Assembly: GCA_963796105.1 (NCBI GenBank)
Contig: CAWCKJ010000004.1
Span: 1,056,001-1,120,000, forward strand
DNA: 64,000 nt
DNA from: a candidate division FCPU426 bacterium
GTDB taxonomy: Bacteria; Oederibacteriota; Muellerivitia; Muellerivitales; Muellerivitaceae
Direction of reading: 5' to 3'
Shown: one piece after another, positions 59,179 through 64,000 of the stretch
Layout of the letters: each line of letters begins with the position of its first letter
Position numbering within the stretch: position 1 is the first letter of the stretch
Notes under the pieces: generated by a model
Told to the model about the DNA's origin: nothing
The model's input: the letters and a program-made list of their open reading frames with translations, nothing else
Databases searched by the model: none
Translations under genes and position numbers: made by a program

Positions 59179-60822
59179 CCTGAATTTTGCACCGAGTTTA
59201 CCGATTCCGTGGCCAGATCGGCCTGAATCGGGACCCGACAGTGGCCATTTTCATCAGAAGTGAACTTATGTGCAAAGAATTTTTTGCACCAAGCCACTTC
59301 TAGGCCGCCCTGGGTCTTTCCAATCGTTTTCGATCAAGGTATTTGAGGAAACCCAATAGGCCCGCTGTCCTATCATCATGGATTGAATACCTCACCACAT
59401 CCCGATGGCCGTGATACTGGATTCGGGCGGCTACAAAGAGCATCTTCAAACGTGCGATCCGAAGGGTATGGTCCGGCATGGTGATCTGTTCCTTCTCCTG
59501 TGGCTTCTTTCCCGGTCGCTTTTCTTTTCCACAATGGCCCACCATTAGTTTCATCCACCTCCAGAGGTTGTAAGCCAGCATCACGATCTGGAAAAAAGCA
59601 TGGTGGCTTTGGAAACTCTTAGAGGGAATTGCTAATAACCCCTCCCGTTGCGCCTCACCAATCAGGTTTTCCACATCCGCGCGCAGGTCGTATTCCTCAA
59701 CCACCCGATGGGGTGCTCCCAGACAGTTGGTCGCGAAGATTCGGTAGACATATCCTTCCATTTCAGGAAGGCTCAATTGTTTCTCCCGCGCTTTTTCATC
59801 CAGCGTCCTCATCGCCACAAACCGGACTGGTTGTTGCCAGCCTATGGGTTGATGGACACATTCGTTGTATTCGTGTTCTCCATGGCGGTACCAACCCTTT
59901 TTCGTGAAAGGCGGGTCATGCCGCTTGTTCCCGAAGATGAAAGAAAACCCTTCTTTTTCACAGGCTTTCACGCTTTCCCAGCCGATCATTTCACCGTCAC
60001 CGCGCACCAGAATCGTCCGGACACAGGACGGCAAGAGTCGCCGGAATTGTCTAATTTGGCGGGCCACTTCCTCAGAACTAAGGGTGGTTCCGCGTCTTTG
60101 GGTTCCGCACAAATATTCCCGGGTTTCCTGGAGAAAACACAGAATGGGCCTCAGTCCCTTCTTGCCCCGGTGCTTGGGGTTGTATCCTTTTCGGCTTCCC
60201 TCGATATTTCCGTAGACCGTTGCGGTGGTGGTATCGATGTTGATCTCCACCTTCTTGGGGGCATATTTCACCTGTCCCCAAACCTTGGCCCGTAACGCCC
60301 CACTCAGATTCAGCAACGATGCCGACTGCCCGATCCCCAGCGACCTCAGGTATCTCCAAAAAGTTGTCACTACCGGCAACAAGGGAACCCGCAGTAAACC
60401 GCACAGCATGACCTCACCCCGCAGGTAGGCAAAATGGCCAAGTCTTTGGAACCCGATGAAAAGAAGCATTAGGATGCCGCTTACCATCCGGTAGTGGCCC
60501 AAATTCGGAAGGCGTTTAGGTGCGGCATAGTGTTTTTTGAATTCCCGCTCAAAATCAAGAAGGTCGAACATCTTCGCCAATGCCAACAATCCGCCAAAAG
60601 CTGTTAGGCGGTCTTCGCAAATACCTACGGGAGTATTGGCCGTAATCTTGGGCGCGATTCTCCCGTTTCGATTGGCTTTTTTCTGGACTTGCGGGTTTGA
60701 TTTCTGAGGCGTATCTTGACGTTTCACCATCTGGGGGACCCTCTTTTAGGATGAGTTGGCTTCGCAACCCTTATCCTATAATGGTTTCCTAGATGGTTTT
60801 TTTATTAGGCGCAAAATTCAGG
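59179..60822 (-). mobile_element. IS1380 family element
   Basis: IRs cctgaattttgc / gcaaaattcagg; 5-bp TSD TTATA (59174-78, 60823-27). Confidence 0.93.
59300..60730 (-). CDS. IS1380 family transposase
   Basis: LTAFGGL, NIDTT...GYNPK, VRGDG, YDLRADVENLIGE and LAYNL. Confidence 0.92.
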   Translation of the reverse strand: MVKRQDTPQKSNPQVQKKANRNGRIAPKITANTPVGICEDRLTAFGGLLALAKMFDLLDFEREFKKHYAAPKRLPNLGHYRMVSGILMLLFIGFQRLGHFAYLRGEVMLCGLLRVPLLPVVTTFWRYLRSLGIGQSASLLNLSGALRAKVWGQVKYAPKKVEINIDTTTATVYGNIEGSRKGYNPKHRGKKGLRPILCFLQETREYLCGTQRRGTTLSSEEVARQIRQFRRLLPSCVRTILVRGDGEMIGWESVKACEKEGFSFIFGNKRHDPPFTKKGWYRHGEHEYNECVHQPIGWQQPVRFVAMRTLDEKAREKQLSLPEMEGYVYRIFATNCLGAPHRVVEEYDLRADVENLIGEAQREGLLAIPSKSFQSHHAFFQIVMLAYNLWRWMKLMVGHCGKEKRPGKKPQEKEQITMPDHTLRIARLKMLFVAARIQYHGHRDVVRYSIHDDRTAGLLGFLKYLDRKRLERPRAA

Positions 60823-61551
60823 TTATAACAAAGTAATTCCACTCGGATCAATTAGGCTTTTTAAAAAGGATATAAAACCTCTTATTGATGTAATTGAAAA
60901 AGATTTTACGGAAGGGAAGCTGATAGTAACTTATATGCAACGTGCAAGTGAAGTAACGCGATTTTCTGCAGATTTTTTAAATTCAATTAATGACCTAAAT
61001 GAAATAAAAGGTCTGAAAATATTTATTCAAGAACAGGAAGCGCCAGGAATAAATAAAATGGTTAATGTTGATTTATTTGAAACAACTGGAAATGCAATCC
61101 GCGTATCAGGAATAAATGAATCTTGGGTTGTTGGGAAAGCAGAATCAATAAATAAAGAAATTTCAAACAATCTAAGTTGGGCGGCAACGAAGTATAAGAA
61201 ATATGGTCTAAATCTTAATCTAATCATCTTTTTTCTCATGTTAGTATTTATTCCTGAGATAACCACATGGCCAAAACGGTTAACATTTGTCTGCGGAATA
61301 TATTTATTACTTGTTGTTTTATATCAAATTCACGGAAAACTTATTCCGAACACTATGATTATTCTTAAAGAAAAACAACCCAACTATTTTTCAAGAAGTT
61401 GGCCCGCAATTATCTCCTGGTTGTTTACCATAATGGGCTCAATAGTTGCTGCTTATTTATTTAGGTTCTTAACTAAAAATTGAATATTTTAGAGTCTGGT
61501 ATTTTATATTGAGAGTTGGTCTTATCATCGGAATACTAGAGGAGACAGTAA

Positions 61552-62394
61552 ATGTATTGGAAAGTATTCACGGCCATATTGATATTTTTTGTGATTATAA
61601 AAGGAGCGCTATCCCTTCAAGCCGGTGAGAATCAGAAAACGCCTAAAGATATGGTGTTAATACTAGCTGGAGAATTTACGATGGGTTTGCCGGAGGGAAC
61701 AGGTGAACCCAATGAGCATCCACGACACAAGGTTTACTTGGACGCCTTTTACATCGACAAATACCCAGTGACCAACCTTGAGTTCAAAAAATTCGTGGAT
61801 GCGACAGGATACGTTACCGAAGCTGAAAAAAGCGGCGGCGGTTGGGGGTACAAGGGATCGACTTTTATCGAGGTCGATTCGATCAATTGGAAAGACCCTC
61901 AAGGGGACGGAAAGGGAATCCGGGACAAGATGGATAACCCGGTTGTATTGGTGGATTGGAACGACGCCAATAACTACGCCAAATGGGCGGGAAAGCGCCT
62001 GCCGACTGAGGCGGAATATGAGAAGGCCATTAGGGGTGAGACGGCTACCACCTATTTTTTCGGGGATGACGCGAGCCAATTGGGGGACTATGCCTGGTAC
62101 AGGGATAATTCGGAAAGCGGAACCCATCCAGTGGGAAAGAAGAAGCCGAATCCCTATGGCTTATATGACATTGTAGGGAACGTATGGGAATGGTGTCAGG
62201 ACTGGTATGGGAATAGGTATTACGCGGTAAGCCCGGCGAAGAATCCAAAAGGGCCGAATAGAGGGAAGGAACGTGTCCTCCGGGGCGGTTCGTGGGACGA
62301 CCATGCGGTTGGCCTGTGTACAACTTCCCGGTACTTTATCACACCGGACGCCCGTATTAACAACGACGGTTTTCGCTGCGCCAAAACCCCTTAG
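61552..62394 (+). CDS. Formylglycine-generating enzyme (FGE/SUMF1) domain protein
   Basis: FTMG, VTN, PVV.V.W.DA, RLPTEAEYE, GNVWEW, RGGSW and GFRCA; N-terminal signal or TM. Confidence 0.92.
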   Translation: MYWKVFTAILIFFVIIKGALSLQAGENQKTPKDMVLILAGEFTMGLPEGTGEPNEHPRHKVYLDAFYIDKYPVTNLEFKKFVDATGYVTEAEKSGGGWGYKGSTFIEVDSINWKDPQGDGKGIRDKMDNPVVLVDWNDANNYAKWAGKRLPTEAEYEKAIRGETATTYFFGDDASQLGDYAWYRDNSESGTHPVGKKKPNPYGLYDIVGNVWEWCQDWYGNRYYAVSPAKNPKGPNRGKERVLRGGSWDDHAVGLCTTSRYFITPDARINNDGFRCAKTP

Positions 62395-62404
62395 TTTTTC
62401 TTCC

Positions 62405-63067
62405 CTATCCCAGCCGGGCTGAAAGCTTCTCCCATTCCTTCGGGGGCAACAGCTTTTGGGCCAAACCCTTGATCTTTCCGAAAACCTCGGTTGAGGCTAT
62501 CTGTTTCAGGTTCGTAAGGAATAAGTATCTCTCGGACTTGTTCATGGCGGGGATCATGTAACTGAGCATCATGGCCATGTCGTTGGGAAGGGTGCGGGCA
62601 ATGATCTTTTGGAAACATTTTTTGATTTCCTCGTCCGAGAAATGCTTGTAGAAAGCATCGGTGATCGCCGTTTCTTCCCGGTCCATATGGGCCAGGTAGT
62701 CGGAAAGGAAACGGTTAAAGGCCAGGTAAAACCCGTGACCGGCCTTCTCCCGGTTCGGGATTTGCGTTATCTTGATCCAATCCTCCTCCAGCTGGTCCAG
62801 TTCCGCTTCCAGGCGCCGGTGGTCCTCCCATTCCCGGGAAACGGCCTCGGGGGCTCGTTCCTCCAACTGGGGGAATTGGATTTCATCCTCGTTGGCCGCG
62901 TGTTCCCTTAAAAAATGAAGAATAGTCTCTAACTCCACATCCAAGGCCTTTACCTCGGCCCCGTCCGCCCAATCCACCTGGCCGATCTTAAGCGCCAGCT
63001 CCAACAGCCCCCGGCGCAGACCCTTATGGACATTGGTGAAAACATCCACCCTCTGGTTAGAATCCAT
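62405..63067 (-). CDS. Hemerythrin (HHE) domain protein
   Basis: VHKGLR...HAANED...DH...YLAHMDREE. Confidence 0.85.
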   Translation of the reverse strand: MDSNQRVDVFTNVHKGLRRGLLELALKIGQVDWADGAEVKALDVELETILHFLREHAANEDEIQFPQLEERAPEAVSREWEDHRRLEAELDQLEEDWIKITQIPNREKAGHGFYLAFNRFLSDYLAHMDREETAITDAFYKHFSDEEIKKCFQKIIARTLPNDMAMMLSYMIPAMNKSERYLFLTNLKQIASTEVFGKIKGLAQKLLPPKEWEKLSARLG

Positions 63068-63321
63068 TCTCTCCCCCTGGCGTTGAAATGGACTATTTTC
63101 ATGTGTTTCCTACCACAGGCATGTCTGGAAAAGCAAAGGGCTTACCCTAGATATTCACCCCAGGGACTCGGAGATTCAGGAAAAGTCGTTATTTTTAATA
63201 AAATTTTCTTATTAACAGGCTGTTAAAAAAGCCCGCTTTGGGGACTGATTAAGCAACTTGTTAATGCCCTCGCGTGGGCATGGGCCAACCCCTCGGCTGG
63301 CCGATCATGTTCTCAAGGATC

Positions 63322-64000
63322 GGGGCTCTTGCCAATTTAGTTTCACTAGGAACACCTTAATGCCGACGGAAATGTGGGCGGTTTATCTCCCCTTTCCGAC
63401 GGAAAACAGGTCTCCTGCCAATTTAGATTACCAAGTTACCACCCATGCCGACGGGAATGTGGGCAGGTTATCTCCTCTTTCCGACGGAAAACGGGCTTCC
63501 TGCCAATTTAGTTTACCGGGTTATCCTCCTTGACGATGGAAATACCGGTAGGTGTCACCAGGTTATCCCGGGTTACCGACGGAAAACCGGGCTCCTGCCA
63601 ATTTAGTTTCCCGGGTTACCGCCATGCCGACGGGAATGTGGGCAGGTTATCTCCTCTTTCCGACGGAAAACGGGCTTCCTGCCAATTTAGTTTCCTGGGT
63701 TATCCTCCTTGACGATGGAAATACCGATAGGTGTCACCAGGTTATCCTAGGTTGCCGACGGAAAAACAGGTAGCTGTCACCAGGTTATCCCGGGTTACCG
63801 ACGGAAAAACCTGTCTTCTGCCAATTTAATTTACTGGGTTACCGCCCATAATGACGTGAATGTGGGCAGGTTATCTCCACAGATTTCTTATAAATCTGCG
63901 CTGGCAATCATTGCCCTCGGCTTGATGCCTCGGGCAGCCAGCCCTTGCCGACGGAAATCAGGGCTCCTGCCAATTTAGTTTACCGAGTTACCGCCCGTGC
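63322..64000. repeat. Compound tandem array: at least 7 TGCCAATTTA cores with alternating internal units; runs off the window edge
   Basis: Cores at 63330, 63416, 63501, 63596, 63680, 63819 and 63968; CCGACGGAAA and (CA)GGTTATC recur about every 42-50 bp. Confidence 0.9.

Larger units (their letters stand above)
58809..61483 (+). pseudogene. AT-rich membrane protein gene (341 aa when rejoined) interrupted by IS1380
   Basis: 58809-59178 plus 60828-61483 gives 1026 bp in frame (...EPEQIY|NKVIPLGSIRLF...YMQRASE...), with 3 C-terminal TM segments. Confidence 0.85.

Noticed and set aside
63322..64000. CRISPR array
   Set aside because: The inter-core sequences are themselves repeated (types A/B) and related to the core, the cores are degenerate, and no cas genes are seen.
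53000..64000. Prophage or integrative element
   Set aside because: No integrase, phage structural, relaxase or tRNA/att evidence, despite the accessory character of the region.

Overview
This is a 64 kb chromosomal window from a diderm bacterium (it encodes outer-membrane beta-barrels; the lineage cannot be assigned from sequence alone). No rRNA, tRNA or CRISPR array was seen. It has five functional blocks. (1) 2-21 kb: an O2/NO/metal-stress region with VIT1, several hemerythrin-domain genes, a Crp/Fnr regulator, a Ric-like protein, DUF2249, SOD, ZIP, a desaturase, an A1-type cytochrome c oxidase, YwiC-like and a His-less sensor kinase. (2) 22-32 kb: an acetate/acetyl-CoA block with acs, a DcaP-like porin, a CoA-transferase-GNAT fusion, ADP-forming acetate-CoA ligase and a DRTGG protein. 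(3) 32-43 kb: a Cys-rich Crp/Fnr regulator, copA/copZ, aconitase, MDH and others. (4) 43.6-52.8 kb: a coupled six-gene operon of four tandem paralogous GT-C-like membrane proteins, a GH44 glycanase and an ArnT-like/TPR protein. (5) 53-64 kb: a STAND-TPR protein, an RHH-MazF toxin-antitoxin pair with a decayed duplicate, an OMP, an IS-broken AT-rich gene, an FGE-domain gene and a hemerythrin. Mobile DNA with readable ends and target duplications: IS21 (4885-7638), IS1595 (35477-36462), IS1380 (59179-60822) and two copies of a MITE (35063-35192, 53080-53331). The most notable unexplained structures are a recurring palindrome TATGAC-N4-GTCATA in 8 intergenic regions (candidate Crp/Fnr regulon), the four-paralogue/GH44 glycan operon, and two related, helically phased non-CRISPR repeat arrays at 3.5 kb and 63.3-64 kb.
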